A stretch of DNA of 64,000 bases from assembly GCA_039586755.1 (NCBI GenBank), contig JBDHJU010000029.1, positions 3,007-67,006 on the forward strand, written 5' to 3'. This document shows, piece after piece, positions 35,904 through 46,640 of this stretch. The DNA comes from Gemmatimonadota bacterium. Lineage in GTDB: Bacteria; Gemmatimonadota; Gemmatimonadetes; Palauibacterales; KS3-K002. A program made the translations under genes and the position numbers. The notes beneath the pieces were generated by a model. The model was not told the origin of the DNA. It did not search any database and saw only the letters and a program-made list of their open reading frames with translations. Every line of letters starts with the position of its first letter. Position 1 is the stretch's first letter.

Positions 35904-38171
35904 CTATGCCGATTGTGCCGTCTCGAGATCGAATTCAGGTGGGCCAATCGTCGCGATCCCCAGATACCCATCGACTGTCACGATCTCGCCGTCGGTGATA
36001 GACAAGATCGCGTCACTCACGCCGTTGACACATGGAATCCCAAGCTCTCTCGCGATAATTGCGCCGTGTATCAACATGCCGCCGCGACGTTCAACGATGG
36101 CGGCGGCGAGTGGTACGATGTGCGACATGGTTGGCTGGATAGCGTCGCAGATCAGTACCTCACCGGCAGAAAAGCGGTTGAAGTCATCTGTCGATCGCAC
36201 CACGCGTGCCCGCGCCGTGGCAAGGCCGGGGGCCGCCGGTTGTCCGATGATCTGCCGCGGTGTCTCGCCTTCGCTTCCAGACAACGCCTTTCGCGCTGCT
36301 TCGCCGGGCTCAGGTAGGAGGACCCGTCCGCCAGCGGCGTCGCGAAGTGCTGCACTCAGCAGTGGTGCCGCTTCGACACTGACGCGGGCGCCGGGTTCGA
36401 GGCGCCCCGAACCCTCGAGTCGTTGCGCAGCGGTATTCGCAGCACGGAGCAGTTGTTTCTCGACGCGGCCGAGCAACACATTGTCGTCATCGCGGAGTCT
36501 CCAGCTCAGACGAGCTATCGCTATGACAGATGTTGCCTCTTCCTGCCGCTCGGGCCCGACGGCATCAAGCAGGCGTTTCTCGTAGTCGGCCGGAGTCGCC
36601 GTGTCCGTCGTTGTGGCTCCAACCGCAGGGGCCGTCCTGGAGCCGGCCATTTCGAGTACGGTGTGCAATACGATATCGGGACGTTTGTCGAGCTGTTCTC
36701 CATCGTACGCCACATCCATGTATCTTTGGCAGACGCGGTCCAATTTATCAACGAACTCGGGGCCGCCGTCTACTTGGGCTGCCGCCTCCCGAACAGAGTG
36801 CCAGGCTTCGCTCGAGAACGATGGGCCGGATGTCTCTATTTTCCGCAGGACGGCGTGAAGCGCGGGATGATTCTCCAAGTAATCAGCGAGTTTGCCGAAC
36901 GCGGCGTTTCTTTCGGCTGCGATCATCGGCTGATGCTTGAGAATGCCAACGAACTCATAGGGGTCGTCCGGCTTGACCGCGTCGTTGTAGTACGTTCCCA
37001 GTTGCCGGACCCCGTGCGCGAACGGGATGAACTCGTCCCAATATTTCGTCTTCCATCCAGTATGAATCGCGGCGCGTGCACTTATTGCATCGGCTAGCGC
37101 ATCATCCGTGAGATCCTCGATCGGCTCACTGGCCAGGCGGCGGCCTTCCGCCTCGAGCTCGGGAATCAGGTCCTCCGTCACCCGTTTGCAGAGCGCCTCT
37201 AGCTTTGACATGCCCGGGCGTAGCGACAGGTACCACTCGCGCTGATCGCCCTCATCGCGGGATGCTGTGGTTGTGACGGGTCGTGCCTGGAGCACGGTGA
37301 AATCGGCGCCGCGCCCCGTCCATTCGATGTCCGGCGGCCAACCAAGCGTCGTCTCTATCCTGTTGAGGGTTCGGTGTATCAAGCCGACATCTTCGTCAGC
37401 AAGCAGGGGCTCCTCCGTCCGCCCTGTCCGGATACCCGGATGCCACTCGATGATTTCGCCACTCGAACGACGGATCAGCCAGCGATCGGGGTCGACGGCG
37501 CCGTCGACCAGGTCTCGACAGAGCCCGGGCACCGCTTCGATGAGTTGTCGGTCCTCGGTAAGATCCCTTGGATCTCTCCCGAAACCGACGCCTGAGCGGT
37601 CCATTGCAACGAGCCGTTGAACGACCACCGCCATCGCGCTCCGCGTGACATCGAGGCCGAGCTCCTTACGGTAGAGCAGCGCTGCGTCGGACCATAGCGA
37701 CGCCCACACCACGCGAACCGCATCGAGCAGCGCCTTCTCGCCCATCACACCGACTACAGACTCGTGAAGCCCCGCGTATGACCGTGCTGCGGAATCCTCA
37801 CCGACCGCCGAAGAGCGCACGGCGAGAGATTGTCCCTCGAAACCATGGAGCGCATCGCTGATCGCTTGCTCAACGTCGCGGGGAACCGGTGTCCGTAAGA
37901 AGGCCGTTCTGATTCTCAGTGCGGCATCCCAGATCTCCTCCCAGCGCATAGACGACATGGACTTCCGCCCGACCTCCATGTCTATCCGCTTTTTGAGACC
38001 GCCGTCTTCGAGAAATCGGTGGTATGCCCGGGTGGTAATACAAAAGCCCTGCGGGACCCGATAGCCGGAGGCGATGAGTTCCGAGAGTTTCACCGCCTTG
38101 CCGCCGATCCCTCCGTCGCCGATCGCTGCCGCTTCCGGGAGAGGTACGACTAACGGGAGGGTGGCACCCAT
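35904..38171 (-). CDS. PEP-utilizing enzyme family phosphotransferase (PpsA N-terminal ATP-grasp/PPDK_N + mobile His domain; rifampin-phosphotransferase/PEP-synthase-like)
   Basis: N-terminus MGATLPLVVPLPEAAAIGDGGIGGKAVKLSELIASGYRVPQGFCITTRAY is PPDK_N. The C-terminus ...AIQPTMSHIVPLAAAIVERRGGMLIHGAIIARELGIPCVNGV is the PEP-utilizers phospho-His swivel domain. No C-terminal PEP/pyruvate TIM-barrel domain is present. Confidence 0.8.
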   Translation of the reverse strand: MGATLPLVVPLPEAAAIGDGGIGGKAVKLSELIASGYRVPQGFCITTRAYHRFLEDGGLKKRIDMEVGRKSMSSMRWEEIWDAALRIRTAFLRTPVPRDVEQAISDALHGFEGQSLAVRSSAVGEDSAARSYAGLHESVVGVMGEKALLDAVRVVWASLWSDAALLYRKELGLDVTRSAMAVVVQRLVAMDRSGVGFGRDPRDLTEDRQLIEAVPGLCRDLVDGAVDPDRWLIRRSSGEIIEWHPGIRTGRTEEPLLADEDVGLIHRTLNRIETTLGWPPDIEWTGRGADFTVLQARPVTTTASRDEGDQREWYLSLRPGMSKLEALCKRVTEDLIPELEAEGRRLASEPIEDLTDDALADAISARAAIHTGWKTKYWDEFIPFAHGVRQLGTYYNDAVKPDDPYEFVGILKHQPMIAAERNAAFGKLADYLENHPALHAVLRKIETSGPSFSSEAWHSVREAAAQVDGGPEFVDKLDRVCQRYMDVAYDGEQLDKRPDIVLHTVLEMAGSRTAPAVGATTTDTATPADYEKRLLDAVGPERQEEATSVIAIARLSWRLRDDDNVLLGRVEKQLLRAANTAAQRLEGSGRLEPGARVSVEAAPLLSAALRDAAGGRVLLPEPGEAARKALSGSEGETPRQIIGQPAAPGLATARARVVRSTDDFNRFSAGEVLICDAIQPTMSHIVPLAAAIVERRGGMLIHGAIIARELGIPCVNGVSDAILSITDGEIVTVDGYLGIATIGPPEFDLETAQSA

Positions 38172-38665
38172 TGGCCGACCTCCTGAAAGCGGGTCACGTG
38201 GAAAAAGCGAACGATGTCGATTCGGAACAGCGCACAGGATGGCGCTCTGACGAACGATTCGAGCTGTGAATGTCGATTGACGAGAAGTCGTGAGTACTGG
38301 TCGAACTCGGGACCGCGCGGGATCTCCGTCGTCTGACCGGTCGCGGTCAACGCCTCAACCTTCATCATGTCATTGGGATGGTCGGGGCGGTTGTCCACGA
38401 CGAGGGCGACATGGTCGCATTCAGACAACAAACGGTATTTTCGGGTAGCGATTGGCGTGGTGAACACAGCGACAGAGAGGTTGTCCGAAAAGGCGAACGC
38501 AACCATCGAACCGTACGGTTGTCCCTGTCCCTGTGTGCACAAGACACCATAGGGTTGCGTGGTAACGAGGCATCGGATCCGCTCTTCGAGTCCTGGATTG
38601 GCTTCCGTGTTACCTGGCTCCACCGGACTATCCTCGGGTAAAGGGTTCGTGTCTTCTATTGACAT
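38150..38665 (-). CDS. Pyridoxamine 5'-phosphate oxidase-like FMN-binding split-barrel protein
   Basis: LVTTQPYGVLCTQGQGQPYGSMVAFAFSDNLSVAVFTTPIATRKYRLLSECDHVALVVDNR fits the PNPOx-like fold. It overlaps the downstream gene start by about 22 nt. Confidence 0.65.
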   Translation of the reverse strand: MSIEDTNPLPEDSPVEPGNTEANPGLEERIRCLVTTQPYGVLCTQGQGQPYGSMVAFAFSDNLSVAVFTTPIATRKYRLLSECDHVALVVDNRPDHPNDMMKVEALTATGQTTEIPRGPEFDQYSRLLVNRHSQLESFVRAPSCALFRIDIVRFFHVTRFQEVGQWVPPSR

Positions 38666-38706
38666 CTCAAGTCCCACTCGTCTCGGCGTGAGGGTCTACT
38701 GGTGCT

Positions 38707-40449
38707 CTATCTTCGCCGGGACTGCAGATCCTCCAGCGCCTCGAGTGCCGCCTTGACGATGTCGCCCACCTTAACTATGTGCCTTTCTTCTTGATCGCGC
38801 CGCTTGAGCTCGACCCCGCCTGCCTGCAACGATCGGCGACCCAGCGTCAACCTCACCGGCAACCCGATGAGATCGGCGTCGTTGAACTTCACGCCGCCGC
38901 TGGCATCGCGGTCGTCGTAGAGCACCTCGATCCCTCCTTCGTGTAAGGACGTGTAAAGATCATCACCCCGTCGCGCGATCTCTTCTTCGCCGCCTGATAA
39001 TACGACGAGGTGGACCTGGTACGGTGCCACCTCGGCGGGCCAGCACAGGCCGTGCTCGTCGTGGTGCGTCTCGGCTACACAGGCCAGCAGGCGGCCGATT
39101 CCCATCCCGTGGGAACCGATGGCCGGCGTCCGCTGTGTTCCGTCCTGGTCCTGGAACGTGATGCCCAGAGTCTCGCCGTACGCCGGGCTGAAGCGGTGGA
39201 GGCTGCCGATCTCCAGGCTGGCGGCCAGGCGCAGCGGCGCGCCGCACCCGGGGCAGGGAGCACCCGAAAAAGCGGCGGCGATGTCCGTCACGACGTCGGC
39301 GGCGTAGTCACGCTCGAAGTTCACGTTGCTGAGGTGGTAGCCCTCCTGGTTGGCGCCCGACACCAGGTTGGCGGAGCCGGCGACCAGGTCATCGACGACG
39401 ACGATGAGGTCGTCCGACTCGAGGCCGACCGGCGAGGCGAAGCCCGGCACCGCCCCGACGGCGCGGATCGCCCCGGCCTCCGCCGGGGACATGCGGCGCG
39501 CCGCCACGGCGGCGGCGAGCTTGCTCTCGCTCACCTCCATGTCACCGCGAACCAGCGCCATCACAACTACATCACGCTCGCTGTCCTCCTCCCCTTCGTC
39601 GGCCACGGCGGCTGAAAAGAAGACGACCTTCGCCGTGCGCTCGGTGGGGACGCCCAGGTAGTTCGCCAACGAAGCGATGGTGTCGGTCCCGGGAGTGGCG
39701 ACCTTTTCCAATGGTTCAGCTGCTTCAGGTGTGGGCTCGGGCTTCGCGAAGCGTGCCGTGCGCAGGTTCGCCGCGTAGTCGCACCCATCGCAGACCGCCA
39801 GACTGTCGTCGCCGAAGCCGCTCAGAAGATAGAACTCGTCCTCGATCTCATCCTGACGCTCCGATCTCGCGACCAGGATCTCCGACAGCCCGACCCGCCG
39901 GAAGATCCGCTCGAACGCCCCGCGGACGCTCTCGCAGCGCTCCTCCAGGCCCGCCCGGTCACGATCGAAGCTGTAACAGTCCATCAGGTCGAACTCACGG
40001 GCCCGGAGCAGGCCGCGCCCCGGACGCGGCTCGTCGCGGAACGTGGGTCGTATCTGGTATAGGAGGGCCGGAAGCTGCCTATAGGATGTGATGTCGCTCC
40101 GGGCCAGTTCGGCGGCGACCCCCTCGTGCGACGTCCCCAGCAGCAGACTCCTGCCGCCACGGTCGCTGAATCGCACCAACTCTTCGCCGTGGATCCTGCC
40201 GGCCTCGCGCCACAGCCTTGCCGGCTGCACGAGCGGCATGGCGACTTCCTGAGCGCCGATCCCCTCCATCTCCTGGCGCACGATCGCCTCGATCTTTGCG
40301 GCCGTCCGTAGCCCCAGCGGGAGGTAGCTGAAGATCCCCGGCGCCACTCCGCGTAGGTACGAAGCCCTTAGGAGCAGCCCGTGGCCCTCCGATTCGGCCT
40401 CCGCAGGCGTCGTCCTCAGCGTTTCCCCGAAGAGCCGCGACATACGCAT
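38707..40449 (-). CDS. proS: Proline--tRNA ligase
   Basis: MRMSRLFGETLRTTPAEAESEGHGLLLRASYLRGVAPGIFSYLPLGLR...FRDEPRPGRGLLRAREFDLMDCYSF has the class II motifs 1-3 and a C-terminal anticodon-binding domain. Confidence 0.9.
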   Translation of the reverse strand: MRMSRLFGETLRTTPAEAESEGHGLLLRASYLRGVAPGIFSYLPLGLRTAAKIEAIVRQEMEGIGAQEVAMPLVQPARLWREAGRIHGEELVRFSDRGGRSLLLGTSHEGVAAELARSDITSYRQLPALLYQIRPTFRDEPRPGRGLLRAREFDLMDCYSFDRDRAGLEERCESVRGAFERIFRRVGLSEILVARSERQDEIEDEFYLLSGFGDDSLAVCDGCDYAANLRTARFAKPEPTPEAAEPLEKVATPGTDTIASLANYLGVPTERTAKVVFFSAAVADEGEEDSERDVVVMALVRGDMEVSESKLAAAVAARRMSPAEAGAIRAVGAVPGFASPVGLESDDLIVVVDDLVAGSANLVSGANQEGYHLSNVNFERDYAADVVTDIAAAFSGAPCPGCGAPLRLAASLEIGSLHRFSPAYGETLGITFQDQDGTQRTPAIGSHGMGIGRLLACVAETHHDEHGLCWPAEVAPYQVHLVVLSGGEEEIARRGDDLYTSLHEGGIEVLYDDRDASGGVKFNDADLIGLPVRLTLGRRSLQAGGVELKRRDQEERHIVKVGDIVKAALEALEDLQSRRR

Positions 40450-40608
40450 GGGCCCAAGGTGCCGGACGGGGTTCGGGAACCGCAAGACCCTCCCGGCCTG
40501 TTGCAGACCGGGTCGGGGCTGCTAGACTAGTGACCGTTCACGTGGAATTCGTCGAATCCCGGTGAGCGCCAGGTAGTCCGCCGGCGCCGCCGCACTTGGG
40601 AGGCTCGA

Positions 40609-42675
40609 ATGAGCGACCGGACCGACCTGGATATTCTCTCCATTAACACGATCCGTACTCTCTCGATGGACGCCGTGCAGAAGGCGAATTCCGGCCACCC
40701 GGGAGCGCCGATGGGCCTGGCGCCGTTGGCCTATTGCCTCTGGCAGCGGTTCCTTCGCTACGATCCAGGGGACCCGATCTGGCCGAACCGGGACCGCTTC
40801 GTGCTCTCGGCCGGGCACGCCTCGATGCTGCTCTACTCGGTACTCCACCTGGCCGGCGTCAAACAGGTCGACGGCAGCTACAAGGTCCTCGATGAGCCTG
40901 CGGTCTCGCTGGACGATATCAAGAACTTCCGGCAGCTGGAGAGTCGCACTCCCGGCCACCCGGAGTATCGCCTGACCTCGGGTGTGGAGACGACCACCGG
41001 GCCGCTGGGACAGGGCGCCGCGGCCAGCGTCGGGATGGCCATCGCGGGTCGCTGGATGGCCGAGCACTTCAACCGGCCAAACTTCGACCTCTTCGATTAC
41101 AACGTCTACGCGCTGGCCGGCGACGGCTGCATGATGGAGGGTATCTCGTCCGAGGCGGCGTCGCTGGCCGCACACCTCAAGCTGTCGAACCTCTGCTGGA
41201 TCTACGACAACAACAAGATCAGCATCGACGGGCCGACCACCCTCGCATTCACCGAGGATGTCGCTTCGCGCTTCAAAGCCTACGGCTGGCGCGTCACCCA
41301 AGTAACCGATGCCAATGACCTGGAGGCGTTGGCCGAGGCGTTCACCACGTTCAAGGAGACCGACGACCGACCCACTCTCATCGTCGTCGACAGCCACATC
41401 GCTTACGGCGCACCGAACCTGCAGGACAATAGCGAGGCGCACGGCTCGCCGCTGGGCGAGGACGAGATCCGCGCAACGAAGAAGAACTACGGCTGGCCAG
41501 AGGACGAGCACTTCCATGTGCCCGACGGCGTTCGCGAGCATCTCGCTGCCGGTGTCGGAGCCCGCGGCCGCGTGCTGCGCGACAAGTGGATGGAGAGGTT
41601 CGCGGCATACGAGGCGGAGTATCCCGAGCTGGCCGGGCAGGTTCAGATGATGCAGCTTCGCAAGCTACCGGCCGGTTGGGACAGCGAGGTCCCTAACTTC
41701 CCGGCCGACCCGAAGGGGATGGCTACCCGTGCATCTTCGGGCAAAGTCTTGAACGCCATCGCCAAAAACGTCCCCTGGCTGATGGGCGGTTCGGCCGATC
41801 TCACGCCTTCGACGAAGACGTTGTTGACCTTCGAGGATGCGGCGGGTGACTTCCAGGCGGGGGACTATCGGCCCCGAAACCTGCGCTTCGGGGTGCGTGA
41901 ACATGCGATGGGCGCGATCCTCAACGGTCTCTCGCACTGCAAGGTGCGTCCGTACGGAGCAACCTTCCTCGTCTTCAGCGACTACATGCGCCCGTCGATC
42001 CGACTGGCCGCGTTGATGGAGATCCCCGTCGTCTACGTCTTCACACACGATTCCATCGGTGTCGGCGAAGATGGGCCGACCCACCAGCCCGTCGAGCAGC
42101 TAGCCGCGCTCCGTGCCATACCCGGCCTCGTCGTCATCAGACCGAGCGACGCCAACGAGACCGCCGAGGCGTGGCGTATGGCGATGGAGCTCCACCACGG
42201 GCCAACGGCTCTCGCTCTCAGCCGCCAGAACCTGCCCACGCTCGACCGTACGAAGTACGCACCGGCCGACGGTCTGCGCCGGGGCGCCTACGTGCTCGCC
42301 GACGCCGATTCCGGCGACCCCGAGGTCCTGCTCTTGGCCAGCGGTAGCGAGGTCGCGCTCTGCCTAGAGGCCTACGAGCGGCTCACAGCGGAGGGCGTGC
42401 GCGCCCGCCTGGTTAGCGTGCCGTCGTGGGAGTTGTTCGAGCGCCAAGATCAGAAGTACCGCGAGGGCGTCCTACCACCGGCCGTCGTGGCGCGGGTAGC
42501 GGTGGAGCAGGCGCTGGGACAGGGGTGGGAGAAATACGTCGGTATTGGCGGCGCGATCGTCGGTATGGAAACCTTCGGTGCCTCTGCGCCGATTAAGGAT
42601 GTACAGAAGCATTTCGGTTTCACCGTCGACCAGGTCGTAGCAGCCGCCAAGGCGCAGATCGAGGCGGCTGGCTAA
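40609..42675 (+). CDS. tkt: Transketolase
   Basis: MSDRTDLDILSINTIRTLSMDAVQKANSGHPGAPMGLAPLAYCLWQRFLRYDP...GHASMLLYSVLHLAG. Full length with all three transketolase domains. Confidence 0.95.
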   Translation: MSDRTDLDILSINTIRTLSMDAVQKANSGHPGAPMGLAPLAYCLWQRFLRYDPGDPIWPNRDRFVLSAGHASMLLYSVLHLAGVKQVDGSYKVLDEPAVSLDDIKNFRQLESRTPGHPEYRLTSGVETTTGPLGQGAAASVGMAIAGRWMAEHFNRPNFDLFDYNVYALAGDGCMMEGISSEAASLAAHLKLSNLCWIYDNNKISIDGPTTLAFTEDVASRFKAYGWRVTQVTDANDLEALAEAFTTFKETDDRPTLIVVDSHIAYGAPNLQDNSEAHGSPLGEDEIRATKKNYGWPEDEHFHVPDGVREHLAAGVGARGRVLRDKWMERFAAYEAEYPELAGQVQMMQLRKLPAGWDSEVPNFPADPKGMATRASSGKVLNAIAKNVPWLMGGSADLTPSTKTLLTFEDAAGDFQAGDYRPRNLRFGVREHAMGAILNGLSHCKVRPYGATFLVFSDYMRPSIRLAALMEIPVVYVFTHDSIGVGEDGPTHQPVEQLAALRAIPGLVVIRPSDANETAEAWRMAMELHHGPTALALSRQNLPTLDRTKYAPADGLRRGAYVLADADSGDPEVLLLASGSEVALCLEAYERLTAEGVRARLVSVPSWELFERQDQKYREGVLPPAVVARVAVEQALGQGWEKYVGIGGAIVGMETFGASAPIKDVQKHFGFTVDQVVAAAKAQIEAAG

Positions 42676-42712
42676 CCCGAAGAAGCCCTGCTCTAGTTCC
42701 GGAGGCATATGT

Positions 42713-45568
42713 ATGAACCCGCTGGTCAAGCTTGGCGATTATGGCCAGTCTGTCTGGCTCGACTACATCCGTCGAAGCCTGATCACGGGCGGCGAGCTCG
42801 AGCGCCTGATCGCCGAGGACGGACTCAGAGGCGTGACGTCGAACCCAGCGATCTTCGGCAAGGCCATCACCGGCAGCAACGACTACGCCGACGCGCTGGC
42901 CCGATTGGCGGCTGAGCGGGACCTCGACGCAAAGGGTATCTACGAGCGGCTGGCGATCGAGGACATCCAGATGGCCGCGGACGTGATGACCTCGGTCTAC
43001 GGGACGTCGAATCGTCGCGACGGATACGTCAGCCTAGAGGTTTCGCCGGATCTGGCCCACGACACGGAAGGCACCGTCGAGGAGGCGCGTCGCCTCTGGC
43101 AAGCCGTCGATCGACCAAACGCCATGATCAAGGTGCCGGCCACCGCCGAGGGGATTCCGGCCGTCGAGCAGCTCATCTCCGAAGGGGTCAACATCAACGT
43201 CACCCTCCTCTTCGCGCGGGACACGTACGAGCGGGTGGCTGAGGCCTATCTGAGAGGCCTCGAACGCTACGTCGAGAACGGCGGCGACCCCTCCGGCGTC
43301 GCCAGTGTGGCCAGCTTCTTCATCAGCAGGATCGACTCGGCCGTCGACTCGATAATCGCCGATCAACTCGAGGGTGCTACGGATGCCGGACGCAGGGCGC
43401 GGCTGCGAACGTTGCCGGGCAAAGTGGCGATCGCCAATGCCAGGCTCACCTACCAGCGCTATAAGGGAATCTTTAGTGGTCCGCGCTGGGAGAAGCTGGC
43501 GGGAGCGGGCGCCCAGACCCAGCGACTGCTCTGGGCCAGCACCAGCACCAAGGCCCCGGAGTACCGAGACGTACTCTACGTGGAAGAGCTCATCGGGCCG
43601 GATACCGTCAACACGATTCCACCGGCAACGTATGATGCCTTTCGCGAGCACGGGCGACCACGGAATTCGCTCGAGGAGAATCTCGCCGGCGCGCAAGCTA
43701 CGCTCGCCGATCTCCAAGGACTCGATATCTCTTTGAAGGACGTCACCGATCGCCTGCTCGCCGATGGTGTGCGTCTGTTCGCCGATGCCTTCGCCGAGTT
43801 GCTGGCCGCCGTCGATGCGAGTTGCGCCGCGCCCGCGCAGGCGATGGCCGGGCGCCAGACCTACACGATGCCAGAAGAACTCGCTGCACAGGTCGCGGCG
43901 ACACTCGACGATTGGGCGACGAGCGGCAGGGTGCGGCGACTCTGGGAACGGGATTCGAAAGTCTGGACCGGGAGCGACGAATCGAACTGGCTGGGCTGGC
44001 TGGGGATTACCGAGGACCAGCTGAAGACGCACATGAGTCGTTTCCAGCGGATCTCGGAGGTGGCAAAGCAGGAGGACATCTCCCACGCTCTGCTCTTGGG
44101 GATGGGCGGCTCGAGCCTTTGTCCCGAGGTCCTCAGCGTGACCTTCGGAGCGACGGAGGGTTATCCCGAGCTGCACGTCCTCGATTCCACCGACCCGGCG
44201 CAGGTCAAAGCCTTCGAGGAAAAAGTCGACCTGGAGCGCACGCTGTTCATCGTCTCTAGCAAGTCGGGCTCGACGCTCGAGCCCAACATCTTCAAGGACC
44301 ACTTCTTCGAGCTGTTAAAAGGACGGGTTGGCGGAGAGGCGGCGGGACGCCAGTTCATCGCCATTACCGATCCGGGGTCCAAGCTCCAGTCGGTCGCCGA
44401 AGCGGACGGGTTCCGCAGCGTCTTCTTCGGCGTACCAAGCATCGGCGGGCGTTACTCGGCCCTGTCGGACTTCGGCATGGTGCCTGCCGCGATCATCGGG
44501 CTCGACGTGCATCGCCTGCTTGATCGAGCCGAGGAGATGGTGCAGGCTTGCGCCGGCTGTGTGCCGCCGACGGAGAACCCCGGTCTCGTGCTGGGCGTGA
44601 TACTCGGTGCCCTGGGCCGCGCCGGTCGCGACAAGGTCACGGTCGTCACCTCGCCGCCGCTCTGGGATCTGGGCGCCTGGCTGGAACAGCTGATCGCCGA
44701 GTCCACTGGGAAAGAGGGGAAAGCCCTCATCCCCGTCGACAGGGAAGCGTTGGGCCCGCCCGAGGTCTACGGCGACGACCGCGTATTCGTCTACCTGCGA
44801 TTGGCCGACGCCGCGGACGCCGACCAGGACGCTGCTGTGGCCCGGTTGGCAGATGCGGGGCAACCCGTAGTCCGTATCGAGGTCGGCGACTGCTACGATC
44901 TGGGCCAGGAGTTCTTCCGCTGGGAGTTCGCCACCGCTGTGGCGGGCTCGGTCTTAGGGATCAATCCGTTCAACCAGCCGGACGTCGAAGCCAGCAAGCT
45001 GGCGACCCGCGCTCTCACCGACGAGTACGAGAAGATGGGGTCGCTGCCCGCCGAGTCGCCGGTCCTCGAGGAAGGGTCGGTTTCTCTGTTCACCGATGAA
45101 CGGAACGCCAAGCAGCTGGCCGCGGCCGCCGGAGAGCAGACGGTAGCAGCGTACCTGAAGGCCCATCTGGATCGGCTGAGCTTCGGCGACTACCTGGGCC
45201 TGCTCGCCTACGTCGAGATGAACGACGAGCATGATGCCGAGCTCCAGGCCATCCGCCACCGCGTGCGGGACGCCAGGTGCGTCGCCACCTGCCTGGGCTA
45301 TGGTCCCCGCTTCCTCCATTCGACGGGCCAGGCTTACAAGGGCGGACCCAATTCCGGTGTCTTTCTGCAGATCACCAGCGACGACGCAGCGGATCTTCCG
45401 GTGCCGGGTCGCAGTTACACTTTCGGCACCGTCAAGTCGGCGCAGGCACGCGGCGACTTCGAGGTCCTGGTGGAGAGGGGCCGCCGCGCGCTCCGCGTTC
45501 ACCTGGGCGCCGACGTAGCCGCCGGGCTGAGGAACTTGCGCGAACTGATCGAGCGGGCGTTCACCTGA
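42713..45568 (+). CDS. tal-pgi: Bifunctional transaldolase / glucose-6-phosphate isomerase fusion
   Basis: The N-terminal ~370 aa are MNPLVKLGDYGQSVWLDYIRRSLITGGELERLIAEDGLRGVTSNPAIFGKAI...MIKVPAT, a transaldolase. The C-terminal ~580 aa have a SIS/PGI-type fold (...LLGMGGSSLCPEV...). Confidence 0.9.
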   Translation: MNPLVKLGDYGQSVWLDYIRRSLITGGELERLIAEDGLRGVTSNPAIFGKAITGSNDYADALARLAAERDLDAKGIYERLAIEDIQMAADVMTSVYGTSNRRDGYVSLEVSPDLAHDTEGTVEEARRLWQAVDRPNAMIKVPATAEGIPAVEQLISEGVNINVTLLFARDTYERVAEAYLRGLERYVENGGDPSGVASVASFFISRIDSAVDSIIADQLEGATDAGRRARLRTLPGKVAIANARLTYQRYKGIFSGPRWEKLAGAGAQTQRLLWASTSTKAPEYRDVLYVEELIGPDTVNTIPPATYDAFREHGRPRNSLEENLAGAQATLADLQGLDISLKDVTDRLLADGVRLFADAFAELLAAVDASCAAPAQAMAGRQTYTMPEELAAQVAATLDDWATSGRVRRLWERDSKVWTGSDESNWLGWLGITEDQLKTHMSRFQRISEVAKQEDISHALLLGMGGSSLCPEVLSVTFGATEGYPELHVLDSTDPAQVKAFEEKVDLERTLFIVSSKSGSTLEPNIFKDHFFELLKGRVGGEAAGRQFIAITDPGSKLQSVAEADGFRSVFFGVPSIGGRYSALSDFGMVPAAIIGLDVHRLLDRAEEMVQACAGCVPPTENPGLVLGVILGALGRAGRDKVTVVTSPPLWDLGAWLEQLIAESTGKEGKALIPVDREALGPPEVYGDDRVFVYLRLADAADADQDAAVARLADAGQPVVRIEVGDCYDLGQEFFRWEFATAVAGSVLGINPFNQPDVEASKLATRALTDEYEKMGSLPAESPVLEEGSVSLFTDERNAKQLAAAAGEQTVAAYLKAHLDRLSFGDYLGLLAYVEMNDEHDAELQAIRHRVRDARCVATCLGYGPRFLHSTGQAYKGGPNSGVFLQITSDDAADLPVPGRSYTFGTVKSAQARGDFEVLVERGRRALRVHLGADVAAGLRNLRELIERAFT

Positions 45569-45604
45569 GCGGCTCGCCCTGTTAGCTGCAATGGGAGAAC
45601 GGTA

Positions 45605-46564
45605 ATGCAACTTGGAATGGTTGGACTAGGAAGGATGGGCTCCAACATGGTCCGCCGCCTGATGCGCGGCGGCCACGACTGCGTCGTCTTCGACCTGAGT
45701 CCCGAGAGCGTGAAGCAGCTGGAGGGCGAAGGTGCCGGTGGGGCCAAGTCGTTGGAGGACTTCGCCGATAATTTGAGTAAGCCCCGCGCCGCCTGGGTCA
45801 TGGTACCCGCCGGCGAGCCAACCGACCAGACGGTGATGGCGCTGGCCGAGCTATTCGAGCCCGGCGACATCATCATCGACGGTGGTAACTCGTACTTCAA
45901 GGACGACCTGCGCCGCGAACAGCAGTTGGCGGAGAAGGGAATCCACTACGTCGACGTGGGTACGAGCGGCGGCGTCTGGGGACTCGAGCGCGGCTACTGC
46001 ATGATGATCGGTGGCCCTGAGGAGGCGGTGGAGCGCCTCGACCCCGTCTTCGCGACGTTGGCCCCCGGCCCCGGCGAAATCGAGCGCACGCCGGGCCGCG
46101 ACGGTGCAACGGCCCGCGTCGAGCACGGCTACCTGCACTGCGGGCCGGCCGGTGCCGGCCATTTCGTCAAGATGATCCACAACGGCATCGAGTACGGCAT
46201 GATGCAGGCGTACGCCGAGGGGTTCGATATCTTGAAAAGCGTCGGCCGCTATAACCTCGACCTGGCCGAGATCGCTGAGGTCTGGCGCCGCGGCAGTGTC
46301 GTCACCTCGTGGCTCCTCGACCTCACCGCCACGGCGCTGCTGAAGGACCCGCAGCTGTCGGCCTATAGTGGCTTCGTCCAGGACTCGGGCGAAGGCCGCT
46401 GGACGGTTCTCACGGCCGTCGAGGAGGCCGTGCCCGCAGACGTGCTCTCGGCTTCGCTCTACGCCCGCTTCCGCTCGCGCCAGGAGCACACTTTTGCCGA
46501 GAAGGTTCTGTCGGCCATGAGGCACGGGTTTGGAGGACACACGGAGCCGCCGGGTGGAAAGTAG
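45605..46564 (+). CDS. gnd: 6-phosphogluconate dehydrogenase (decarboxylating), short-chain type
   Basis: [31 protein letters not shown]... has a Rossmann GxGxxG, and the length of about 319 aa fits the short Gnd/YqeC-type 6PGDH. Confidence 0.85.
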   Translation: MQLGMVGLGRMGSNMVRRLMRGGHDCVVFDLSPESVKQLEGEGAGGAKSLEDFADNLSKPRAAWVMVPAGEPTDQTVMALAELFEPGDIIIDGGNSYFKDDLRREQQLAEKGIHYVDVGTSGGVWGLERGYCMMIGGPEEAVERLDPVFATLAPGPGEIERTPGRDGATARVEHGYLHCGPAGAGHFVKMIHNGIEYGMMQAYAEGFDILKSVGRYNLDLAEIAEVWRRGSVVTSWLLDLTATALLKDPQLSAYSGFVQDSGEGRWTVLTAVEEAVPADVLSASLYARFRSRQEHTFAEKVLSAMRHGFGGHTEPPGGK

Positions 46565-46640
46565 CCAGTAGCCGGTAGCCAGTAGCCGGTAGCTGACAGC
46601 CTGGTCCACCGGCCACCGACTACCGGCCACCGGCCACCAA
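46561..46640. repeat. Two arrays of heptanucleotide tandem repeats: 5 x GTAGCCR (46561-46595), then 5 x CCACCGR/CTACCGG (46606-46640), partly reverse-complementary to each other
   Basis: Read directly as gtagcca gtagccg gtagcca gtagccg gtagctg ... ccaccgg ccaccga ctaccgg ccaccgg ccaccaa. The first unit overlaps the gnd stop codon. The array ends 9 bp before the zwf ATG. Confidence 0.8.

Noticed and set aside
43034-44302. 422-aa minus-strand ORF and several 100-200-aa ORFs across 42.7-48.2 kb
   Set aside because: They are antisense or out of frame relative to tal-pgi, gnd and zwf. They reflect GC-rich codon bias, not genes.
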